The notes beneath the pieces are model-generated. The model was not told where the DNA came from. It searched no databases and was given only the letters and a program-made list of their open reading frames with translations. A stretch of 64,000 nt of DNA. Origin: a virus. Where the stretch lies: the IMG/VR virus record IMGVR_UViG_3300046535_000406, positions 1 to 64,000 of that record, one strand, 5' to 3'. Made by a program: the position numbers and the translations under genes. Shown here piece after piece: positions 9,225 to 17,596 of the stretch (position 1 is the stretch's first letter; each line of letters begins with the position of its first letter).

Positions 9225-10381
9225 CGGCTGTTCTCAGGGTGCGAGTGCTTGGGCTGGTCGAACGTGAACTCATAGAGTTCGGCGGTGACGGTGAAGACGA
9301 CCTCGTGCAGGAAGCCGCCCGTCGAAGGCGCCCGGAAGGTACGCACGAGGACCAGCGGATTGCTCACGATCCACTCATCGGTCACGCCGCCAATCCCGTC
9401 CAGTGCGATGAAGTCCTTGCCCCACGACCACTTCGTGGTCATAAGCTCGGGCTGCCCAAGAATACCCGGCTTCCAGTCGGGGTTCTGGATGGTGAACGAG
9501 GCCCTGATCCAGAAGGTCGCCCCGCGCCCGATCTGGGCGTAGGTCGAGAACGACGGCAGGGACGGGTCAGGTTGGTGAGTGACCGGGTTGATGCCCGGCG
9601 TGCCGACCTCCATCTGGATTTCGATGTTCTGGACGAACTTGGGCTTCAGCTTGGAGAAGTCGATCCCGAAAGGCGTCGCCGAGGTCTTCTGAAGGAACAG
9701 GTTGACCCGCTTCAGCTGGGCCTCGATGTCCTTCATCCGGCGCATGATGTTTCGCTTCAGGAGGTGCTGGTCGGAGCGCGCCTGCTTCGACTGCTCGCGC
9801 AGGGACTCCAACTTTGACTTCAGTTCCTTGGCCCGCTTCTGGTACGCCAGACGCTGCTTGGAGTAGTAGCTCGGCCAGTGCGCCGGGTCGTCCCAGATAC
9901 GCTTCCCGTTCGCCAGATGGAAGCGCCGTCCAGCGGCGTCGTGGCCGGTCATGTAGATGCGGCGACCGCTGACGACCCGGTAGTAGCCCCGCGAGTCGTG
10001 GGAGAGGCCCTGACGGCGGGCCAGCACTTCCGCATTGGTCGGCGTGTAGCGCCAACGGTGCGCCCACTTGCCTGTCATCGGGTCGAAGTACCGCTCCCGC
10101 TGGTAGTACGGCGGGCGGGTCGGCTCGACGCCCTTGTTGCCGGTCGAGGACGGGCTGCCGTAGACCATGTGCTGGACGCGCTGGCCGTTCCAGAGGCCCC
10201 ATTCGAGGTGGCCGCCCTTGGTGGGGGCGGAGCCAGTCATCTGCTGGACGTGCCAGTGGCCGGACGAGTCGAGGGTCCACTGCTCCCACTGGTTGCCGTG
10301 CGGATCGCCACCGCTGGTGTTGCCGGTGTCGAGCGGGGTAGGCCCAGAGAGGACCGCGTCCTGAGTCGGGTCGTACGTCAT
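9221..10381 (-). CDS. tail-associated hypothetical protein (Trp/Gly/Arg-rich N-half, basic coiled coil)
   Basis: ATGA overlaps at both ends; between tail-tip protein and fibre. Confidence 0.65.
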   Translation of the reverse strand: MTYDPTQDAVLSGPTPLDTGNTSGGDPHGNQWEQWTLDSSGHWHVQQMTGSAPTKGGHLEWGLWNGQRVQHMVYGSPSSTGNKGVEPTRPPYYQRERYFDPMTGKWAHRWRYTPTNAEVLARRQGLSHDSRGYYRVVSGRRIYMTGHDAAGRRFHLANGKRIWDDPAHWPSYYSKQRLAYQKRAKELKSKLESLREQSKQARSDQHLLKRNIMRRMKDIEAQLKRVNLFLQKTSATPFGIDFSKLKPKFVQNIEIQMEVGTPGINPVTHQPDPSLPSFSTYAQIGRGATFWIRASFTIQNPDWKPGILGQPELMTTKWSWGKDFIALDGIGGVTDEWIVSNPLVLVRTFRAPSTGGFLHEVVFTVTAELYEFTFDQPKHSHPENSR

Positions 10382-13300
10382 CCGACCCACTCCGCTTCGA
10401 TCGCCATGGCGCCGGATAGCTCGTCAGGGCTGAAGCCGACCACGCGCACGGTCCCGGAGATGCCTCCGTCGGGTCCCTGAAGCGACACGTCGAGGTTGTA
10501 GATGCCGCCTCGTTCGACCTTGGTCCAGATGTTGTCGAGGTTGACGACCCCGAGGCTCTGCGCGCCCTGCTGCCGGTTGAACTTGGTCACGATTTCGAGG
10601 GCATACGCCTCGCCCTCGGGCCACGCTGGCTGGCCGATCGAGAACTTGTCCAGCGACACGTCCCACGGCACGAGGTGCCAGCCCTTCTGGGAGTGGATCG
10701 CCTGACCGCTGTCGGTCACGTAGTACGCCACCACTTGGGCGCCCCGGCCCATGGTGATCGGGTCCCAGTCGCCGACCCGGCCTTCCTCCCCGAGGATGAC
10801 CTGATCCACGGCAGCGATCTTGACCTTGTCCGCGCTCTGGGCGCCGACCTTCTGGGTGCCCGGGTCCCACGTCTTCTGAAGCACGATCGGCTGCCCGGCG
10901 CCCTGTGGCTGGTAGGTGTTCTTCCACTTGCCCTCGGACCAGACGCACCAGTAGCTGGTGGCCTTCTTCTTCTTGCCGCTGGCCGTATTGGGCGCCACCC
11001 CGGCGTTGGCGCTGGACTGGCCGGTGACCTTCGACCATCCGAACAGCGCCCGGCCCAGCAGGCCCGCTGGCAAGGCGCCGGTCGGATGCGTGGCGAACAG
11101 GCGGGCAGCGGCGTCTTCGAGGTCGGCGATGGGGATCAACTTCGGCCTTCTGCACAGAGGGTCGTACGTGGAGATGTGGTGGCCCACGATCCGGTCGAGG
11201 TAGAGCGCATGGAGGCCCTTCCCGCCGATGAACGCTTGGCACTTGTATTTCCGGGGCAGGTGGTTGTAGTAGACCGAGAGCATGATGCCCCGGCCCTCGC
11301 GCAGCTTGGCGATCAGGTCGGACCACCTCCCGCTGCTGTACCGGGTGTAGCCCAGATGGTGGCCGTAGTGCTTCCACGCGATCGCGATGTCGGACGGGTT
11401 GGAGCCATCGGTGTGGTCCTTGGACCACTTGCGCATCGTCGGCGGGTCGATGTCGAGGGCACCGGCTGTCTGGCGCTGAAGCAACATGCAGCCAGCTGAC
11501 TGGGTGCAGTTGGAGCCGTTGTAGTTCACGTGGGAGCCGTCGGGCCAGACCGTGTCGCCCCAGCTGTGCCACTTCCCGTCGCTGCCCTTGTAGATGAACT
11601 GGTTGACGAGCTTCACGGTGCCGCCGCCGAAGCCATCGGTCGGGCCGCCGACGGCACGATCGTCGGAGAGCACGATGTGCACGAACTTGCCGGTCGAGAT
11701 GGCCGGGAAGCTGGGCACGCCATCCACCGGCCCGCTCTGACCGGCCACCTGCGTGGCGATCACCGCCGAGTAGATGTTGGTCCCGTTGGCACCGAGCATC
11801 CAGACCTCGCTGTTGCGCGGGTCCACGAACAGGCCGACGATCCGGTGCGGGGTGCTCTTGGCCCCGGCATAGGTGCCTTCCTGACTGTCGTTCACGATGT
11901 GGCGGAACTCGATCTTGCCCTTGACCCCGCCGACGTAGGCGATGCCGCCCGAGATGGACACTCCGGCGCAGGCAATCAGGTTGGTCGAGTACGAGGCCAG
12001 ACTCACGCCGCTGTTCAGGTCCCGCTTGTGCAGGTCGCCGGTGTTGTCAGCGACGGTCCAGATCACGCCAGCCGGGGCATCCACCGCGATCCCGGCCATG
12101 TGCGGCAGCGCCTGCTTCCACTCGGTCAGCGGCTTCTTCGCCTGAATGTCCCATGAGCGCACGATGGCGTTAGTGCCGTCGGTCGTCAGCGCCCAGAGGA
12201 TGTCCGGCTCGGTGGGGTCGGTGGCGATGTCCACCCCCGTCTCGCCGGACAGGGCGATGGAGAAGTAGCCGTCGCTCCGGGTCGTGTAATCGACGGCGCT
12301 GAAGCTGACGACCTCGTCCTTGGAGCCGTTGAACTTCGAGAGCAGTATCCAGCGCCGGTCGATGGTGTTGTAGTCGAAGGCCGCCCCGAGCGCGTTGCCC
12401 GAGTCGCCGGTGAAGTGGAACTCGTGCTTGTGGTGCCAGCTGTCAAGCTCCACGTCCTGATCGAGGTTGGGGTCCTGCTCGGTCAGGACCGTCTTGTCGC
12501 CCATGAGCCCGAGCACGCTCAGGGTCCGGTAATACTTCATGCCATAGGTCACGCTGCCGGAGTCCGTGCGGTAGGAGCCCCAGTCGAAGCCATCGAGGAA
12601 GGGCGCCCCGAAGCGGGCGTGGTAGGCGTACAGGAACGACTTGTAGAAGGCGACGTAGTCGTCCTGCACCTGAAGCGCGTACTGGCGCTGGGTGGCCCGG
12701 GAGAGGCCCCACGGCACCGTCAGGTCGATGATTTCACGGCGTCGAGCGCCGGGCATGTCCGCTGGCCTCACGTTGATGATCGCCTCGGGCACGACATCCT
12801 GTACGACCGCGCCCACGGACGGGTAGTCGAGGTACTGCGAGAGGGTCGTCGGCTGGCCCGTCAGGCGCACCCAGTTGGCCCGGTCGGCGGTGGTGAAGTC
12901 AATCTCCGTTCCCGGCGTCAGGTTGCCGCTCAGGCCGTCCTTGAACGTCATCACGGCCCCGGAGGGGAGGTGGGTGGCCGTGTGGTCGATTTCGATCTGG
13001 TTGCCGAAGTGGAGCTTCGTGTGCAGCCTGCCGGTGTTGCCGTCGATCCACGACTCCATGAACATCTCGCTGATCGTCGTGGTGGCGAAGTCGTGGAGGC
13101 CGCCCAGCACGTAGCCCTGATAGCTGAACATGCCGTTGTAGTCCTTGGTCGAGTCCGCCACGAACTCGATCAGCATGTCGCCGTGTGCCGCCTTCTTGGC
13201 GTTGGCCGCCAGCACGAGCCGGTGGGCGATGGTCGCGGTCTTGCCTTCCTCCTGTTCGATCAGGTCAGCTGCGACCTTGTCAAGGAGGCCCATGGTGCCG

Positions 13301-14253
13301 AGGCACTGGGCCGTGACGATGCCGTTGGACCACTTCACCGTCTCGATCGATCCGGCCCAGTTGGGGATGCCGGGGAGGTTGCTCTCCATGAAGATGAGGT
13401 TGTCCTCGGCCAACAGGTCGTTGTCAGGCCGCTCGGCGTCGAGCGTCAGGGCATGGGCGAAGTAGGCCGTCCCGACTGACGATGTGGTGTGGAAGCCCGT
13501 CGGCGTAGCGTCCTTGGCGACGTTGGCCCGGGAGTAGGCGGCGATCGACGCCTTGGTGCGTGCGAGGTCCGCCCGTTCGGTCGTACCGTCGCTCTGGGAC
13601 GACGTAGCGGACCGATCGAGCCCGTAGGCGACCCACTGGGCGCTGCTGGCGATGGTGACCGCTGGGGAGGCGCAGGGATGCGATGTGATCGCTACGGCGG
13701 TTCCGGCGGCCTTCTGCACGCCACCGACCCCTCCGACGTATCTGAATGCGCCCATGGCAGCCACGATGTCACCGGAGAAGCCGGTCATGGTGAAGGTCCA
13801 CGAGGAAGGGTCCCCGGCCTTCAGGAACCGGCTCATGGTCACCATGCCGAAGTCGTATGACAGGTCGCTGCTGGGGGACCAGCCGCAGGCCCGGCCCTTG
13901 TCCGTGGCGTGAAGCGTCCAGCCAGCTGGGGTCGGCAGGCGGGCGGCGTCAACCCAGCCACGGTCGAAGCTCAGTGAGACGACCAGAAGGTCCCCGACGG
14001 CGTGCCCGGTCGGAGTGTTGACGGTCACCGAGCCCGCTCCGTTGGTGGCCGTGCTGGCCGCCACGAACGTCGGCAGGTTGGGCGGCACGCCGATCAGGGG
14101 CACGTCGCCGTCGTTGCGGGGCATGGCGAAGGCGAAGTCCTCCACCTCGTTCACGCGGAAGGTGCGCGGGGCGACGGTGCTCCACCCGGTGAGCGTGCCG
14201 ATCCTCTTGCCGCTGTGGTCGAAGACTGCCATGGCGCCGGGGACGAACGGCAT
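10378..14253 (-). CDS. tail tip/hub protein (1291 aa) with lectin-like insert, beta-propeller-like region and C39-like peptidase domain
   Basis: Hub-like N-terminus; GVDIATD/GIAVD/GLFVD repeats; NCTQSAG...LHALYL...YDPLC triad. Confidence 0.65.
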   Translation of the reverse strand: MPFVPGAMAVFDHSGKRIGTLTGWSTVAPRTFRVNEVEDFAFAMPRNDGDVPLIGVPPNLPTFVAASTATNGAGSVTVNTPTGHAVGDLLVVSLSFDRGWVDAARLPTPAGWTLHATDKGRACGWSPSSDLSYDFGMVTMSRFLKAGDPSSWTFTMTGFSGDIVAAMGAFRYVGGVGGVQKAAGTAVAITSHPCASPAVTIASSAQWVAYGLDRSATSSQSDGTTERADLARTKASIAAYSRANVAKDATPTGFHTTSSVGTAYFAHALTLDAERPDNDLLAEDNLIFMESNLPGIPNWAGSIETVKWSNGIVTAQCLGTMGLLDKVAADLIEQEEGKTATIAHRLVLAANAKKAAHGDMLIEFVADSTKDYNGMFSYQGYVLGGLHDFATTTISEMFMESWIDGNTGRLHTKLHFGNQIEIDHTATHLPSGAVMTFKDGLSGNLTPGTEIDFTTADRANWVRLTGQPTTLSQYLDYPSVGAVVQDVVPEAIINVRPADMPGARRREIIDLTVPWGLSRATQRQYALQVQDDYVAFYKSFLYAYHARFGAPFLDGFDWGSYRTDSGSVTYGMKYYRTLSVLGLMGDKTVLTEQDPNLDQDVELDSWHHKHEFHFTGDSGNALGAAFDYNTIDRRWILLSKFNGSKDEVVSFSAVDYTTRSDGYFSIALSGETGVDIATDPTEPDILWALTTDGTNAIVRSWDIQAKKPLTEWKQALPHMAGIAVDAPAGVIWTVADNTGDLHKRDLNSGVSLASYSTNLIACAGVSISGGIAYVGGVKGKIEFRHIVNDSQEGTYAGAKSTPHRIVGLFVDPRNSEVWMLGANGTNIYSAVIATQVAGQSGPVDGVPSFPAISTGKFVHIVLSDDRAVGGPTDGFGGGTVKLVNQFIYKGSDGKWHSWGDTVWPDGSHVNYNGSNCTQSAGCMLLQRQTAGALDIDPPTMRKWSKDHTDGSNPSDIAIAWKHYGHHLGYTRYSSGRWSDLIAKLREGRGIMLSVYYNHLPRKYKCQAFIGGKGLHALYLDRIVGHHISTYDPLCRRPKLIPIADLEDAAARLFATHPTGALPAGLLGRALFGWSKVTGQSSANAGVAPNTASGKKKKATSYWCVWSEGKWKNTYQPQGAGQPIVLQKTWDPGTQKVGAQSADKVKIAAVDQVILGEEGRVGDWDPITMGRGAQVVAYYVTDSGQAIHSQKGWHLVPWDVSLDKFSIGQPAWPEGEAYALEIVTKFNRQQGAQSLGVVNLDNIWTKVERGGIYNLDVSLQGPDGGISGTVRVVGFSPDELSGAMAIEAEWVG

Positions 14254-14588
14254 CAGCGCACCTCGCCCGGCTCTAGCTCGTAGAGGCCCACGAGCGGAGC
14301 GATGATGTAGCCCAGATCGTCAACGCCGGTGGTGTCATCGAGGATGCTGAAGGGGAAGCCGCAGCGTCGCTCGATGGGGCCGTCGAGTATCCATGGGCAG
14401 ACGAGCGAAGCCGATGCACCGCCCTCCATGCTGAACAGGAAGTCCGTGCTGACCGTGATGACCGGCGACTCGACGGTGAAGATGAAGTCGCAATCGACAT
14501 CGACAACGCCGATCGCGAACGGGACGACCAGCGCGGACCGGCTACCGCCTGCGCCCCTGAGCAGTAGCCCACGGCTCTGTGTCCCCAT
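14253..14588 (-). CDS. small tail protein (111 aa)
   Basis: Coupled to the next gene (TGATG); beta-rich. Confidence 0.55.
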   Translation of the reverse strand: MGTQSRGLLLRGAGGSRSALVVPFAIGVVDVDCDFIFTVESPVITVSTDFLFSMEGGASASLVCPWILDGPIERRCGFPFSILDDTTGVDDLGYIIAPLVGLYELEPGEVR

Positions 14589-14591
14589 GGC

Positions 14592-15632
14592 TCACTCCCA
14601 GATGCGAGCGGGGTGGGCATTGACGCGACCCGCCCAAGCGGTTTCCATGAGCGGATAGCCGATACCCGTCTCGTAGAAGCGGTTCGGGTCGCCGTAGTCG
14701 AAGTAGATGTAGCCCCGGACCGAAGGCTTGGTGACGAGGTAGCCGATCGCCGAGGTGAGCCACGCTGCGCGGTCGGTGTCGCTGAAGCCGTCATGGCCGA
14801 TGCCGGTTTCAGCGATGATGATCGGCTTTGACGTGATCTGGCTGACCACCGAGATGCCGTGGCCGTACAGGGCCTCGCCAGATGGACGGCCATTGCCACC
14901 GTTCGAGTAGCCGTCGAACGCCGCGTACTGGACGTATCCATCGCCGGGGTAGAAGGGCTGCGTCGTCGCCGCGCTCTGGCCCGGGGACCACGGGCACCAG
15001 ACCATCTTGACTCCGGTGGCTCCGTTGTGGACCCGGATGCGGTCGTGGACGTGCTGGAACACCTTGCGATAGATGGCGGCTGTGTTCGCCGTATCGCCCG
15101 CCACCTGCTGGCCGGGTTGCCACGGCAGCGGGCCGGGGCTGTAGGTGGTGTTCATCTCCCACGCCCAGCGGTAGAGCACCATCGGGTGCCGCCCGTCGCA
15201 CTGCGCCGAGTAGCCGCGCACCTGCGCAGCCCACGCGAGGTAGTCGGCAGTCCATGCGTCGAAGTAGGCATCCCACTCGCCGTCGAGGATGCGCTGAAGC
15301 GTGAAGTGGCCTACGTTCGGCCCAGTGCCCGGGCCGGTGGGCGCCGCGTTGAACATCGCAGTCACGCCCCGCGCCGCGAGGCCGTTCATCAGCGTGTTGG
15401 TCGGGAACACGCGCTGGGCTGGCCCGGGCGATCCGGCGTACGTGGCGACATCGCCCAACGAGCACCACAGCCCGAACATCGACGGGTAGATGTGGCGCGA
15501 GTCGGCCTCAGACTTGCCCACGTCGGCAGCCATGTCGAGACGGTAGGTGTCGATCCAGTCGAGGATGCCCGCGTCCGTGTAAAGGGAGGTAGCGCCGGGC
15601 GCTGCGTGGATGCCGAGCGACAGCTTCGCCAC
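14592..15632 (-). CDS. glycoside hydrolase family 26-like protein
   Basis: YRWAWEMN (acid/base Glu), FYPGDGYV...DGY, KPIIIAETG (nucleophile Glu). Confidence 0.85.
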   Translation of the reverse strand: MAKLSLGIHAAPGATSLYTDAGILDWIDTYRLDMAADVGKSEADSRHIYPSMFGLWCSLGDVATYAGSPGPAQRVFPTNTLMNGLAARGVTAMFNAAPTGPGTGPNVGHFTLQRILDGEWDAYFDAWTADYLAWAAQVRGYSAQCDGRHPMVLYRWAWEMNTTYSPGPLPWQPGQQVAGDTANTAAIYRKVFQHVHDRIRVHNGATGVKMVWCPWSPGQSAATTQPFYPGDGYVQYAAFDGYSNGGNGRPSGEALYGHGISVVSQITSKPIIIAETGIGHDGFSDTDRAAWLTSAIGYLVTKPSVRGYIYFDYGDPNRFYETGIGYPLMETAWAGRVNAHPARIWE

Positions 15633-15635
15633 GGC

Positions 15636-16433
15636 TCAGGAGAAGTAGACGAAGCTGACGCCGCACGCCCCTGTCGCCCGCACGTAGAGCCCGGTGTGCA
15701 GGTCGAGGGAGTCGGTCGTTATCTCCAACTCCTTCCCGGCGCTCAGCTGGTAGCCGCCAGTCGCAGGGGTGTTGTCGGCGGTCACGGTGCTGATACCGAT
15801 GTAGGCCACGAAGCTGTTGCCAGAGTCGGCGATCATCTTGATCTTGCGGCAGACGAGCGTGGACGGAGCGAACGGGACCGCCGCGCCTGACGTGAACGCG
15901 ACGTGTCCGCTGCCGGTGAGCGAGTAGCCGCCGTCGGTGATCTGGCGCCCAGTGGCGTCAACGAGCGCAGGCAGGGCGTTGCCGTTGTCGGATCGCTTGC
16001 CTCCCAGCACGGACACGCCGTCCGTGCTCCCGACCGCCGCGCCACCGATGTGAGTGGCGATCCCGATCCAGCCCACGTCTTCGCCGTGGATTGCGACCTG
16101 ACCGAGGATTTTGGGATGGCCGAAGGCCAGCGTAGCGCCACCGTCACGAGCGCCCAGAGGACGGATCGCGAGGTGCCCGGAGGCATCCGCGAGCAGCTTC
16201 AGGACAGCGTCGCCGGTCGAGTCGTAGCCGCCCAGCACGACGATCGGGCCACCGGCCACCCAGTCGTCGCCGTCGGCGTGGGTGGCGACCCCGGCGTACG
16301 CCACCTCGGTCCCGTTCATGCTCCCGGGCGCGACCGCGATCGGGATGGCCGGGTCGTTCGTCCCCGAGTTGTCGTAGGTCAGGAACAGTATCTTGTCGCC
16401 GTTGCCCTCTAGGGGCGCGTCAGGGACTGCCAT
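15636..16433 (-). CDS. minor tail protein (265 aa) with an internal duplication
   Basis: YAGVATH...VLGG...L.AD..G occurs twice; tail context. Confidence 0.6.
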   Translation of the reverse strand: MAVPDAPLEGNGDKILFLTYDNSGTNDPAIPIAVAPGSMNGTEVAYAGVATHADGDDWVAGGPIVVLGGYDSTGDAVLKLLADASGHLAIRPLGARDGGATLAFGHPKILGQVAIHGEDVGWIGIATHIGGAAVGSTDGVSVLGGKRSDNGNALPALVDATGRQITDGGYSLTGSGHVAFTSGAAVPFAPSTLVCRKIKMIADSGNSFVAYIGISTVTADNTPATGGYQLSAGKELEITTDSLDLHTGLYVRATGACGVSFVYFS

Positions 16434-16443
16434 TCAGGGCCTC

Positions 16444-17181
16444 CTACGCCGTCTCTTGGAAGGACACGGTGAACTGGTTCGGGCGCACCGCTCCGGCGCC
16501 CGCTGAGACGACGATCTTGATCCACACGCCGTAGGCGTCACCGGCGGCCAGATCGGGCATCAGCAGGCCCGAGGAGATGTCGTCCGGGCTGACGAGCCAG
16601 AGCCACGTCACGATTTCGTCCGGTGGGATGGAGCCCCGGACCGTGCCGCCGGAGCCCTGCTGGATGGTCACGTAGCGGGCCGAGTCCGTCCCATCGAGGG
16701 AGATGCCCCAGAGGCTGGACCAGACCGTCGTGGTCAGCACCTCGGTGAGGCCGTTCAGCGTGATCGACTCCTTGACGGGCACGGGCGAGCCTGAGTTGTC
16801 GAGGCCGAACAGGGTCGCTAGGCGAGCGTCCGCGCCATCACTGACGAGCGCCGCGACCGCAGCGGAGGTCCATCCCTGCAAGTTGCCCTGATCCGGGTCC
16901 GTGTCGTCAGCCGAGTCGATCCCGAGCCCGATCGAGAGGGTGCAGTTGGTGGGCAGGGTGGGCACCCAGATGCCCGGCGCAACAGCAGAGTCGGTGGCGT
17001 TGCCGTTCTTCACGAATATCTTGCGGTCCAACTCGATGCCGTTGGTGCGCTCGGTGGAGGTCACGTCCGGGAACAGGTTGTTCGCCACGCCAGACGGGAT
17101 CGCGGAACCCGTGATCGCCCCACCCGCCGAGCCGCTGACAGCCGACGCGAGGAAGGAGATGTCGCCAGTGCCGATGGACAT
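16444..17181 (-). CDS. minor tail/baseplate protein (245 aa)
   Basis: NNLFPDV...RKIFVKN...GVWIK beta-sandwich pattern; tail context. Confidence 0.65.
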   Translation of the reverse strand: MSIGTGDISFLASAVSGSAGGAITGSAIPSGVANNLFPDVTSTERTNGIELDRKIFVKNGNATDSAVAPGIWVPTLPTNCTLSIGLGIDSADDTDPDQGNLQGWTSAAVAALVSDGADARLATLFGLDNSGSPVPVKESITLNGLTEVLTTTVWSSLWGISLDGTDSARYVTIQQGSGGTVRGSIPPDEIVTWLWLVSPDDISSGLLMPDLAAGDAYGVWIKIVVSAGAGAVRPNQFTVSFQETA

Positions 17182-17191
17182 TCTTACCCCT

Positions 17192-17596
17192 TCAGGACAG
17201 GACCGGCTTTGGAACGACGCAGTTGACGACGAACGTCTTGGTGCGGAAGTCCGGCTTGCCCGACTCTACGATGAAGCGTAGCGACAGTGGCGACGCCATG
17301 CCGCGTATCTGGGCCGTGAGCGTGTGATAGGTGCCCTGAGCGAACAGGGCCTTCAGGAACAGCCAGCGCGTCCGGTAGTCCGTGTCGCTGGTCACGCGGT
17401 TCATGGCGATCAGGAAGGTGATCGGCATCTCGGCGGGCTGAGAGCGGATGAACACCGGGTAGCCGCCGTCGATGGGCGCGAGGATCAGGCGCTGGGGAGC
17501 CACGTCCTCCAACTCCGGGACCTGTGTCACGTAGCTGGTGAGCGTGTTCAGTTCGGTGCCGTCCACCTTGATCGACCAGTGCCCAGTCCACGTCAT
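17192..17596 (-). CDS. distal tail (Dit)-like protein (134 aa)
   Basis: Immediately follows the tape measure with a TAATG overlap; size and position fit. Confidence 0.55.
   Translation of the reverse strand: MTWTGHWSIKVDGTELNTLTSYVTQVPELEDVAPQRLILAPIDGGYPVFIRSQPAEMPITFLIAMNRVTSDTDYRTRWLFLKALFAQGTYHTLTAQIRGMASPLSLRFIVESGKPDFRTKTFVVNCVVPKPVLS

Noticed and set aside
3697-11572. Alternative-frame minus-strand ORFs rich in Arg/His/Pro (3697-5427, 6331-8163, 10424-11572)
   Set aside because: Composition is that expected of off-frame reading of GC3-biased genes.
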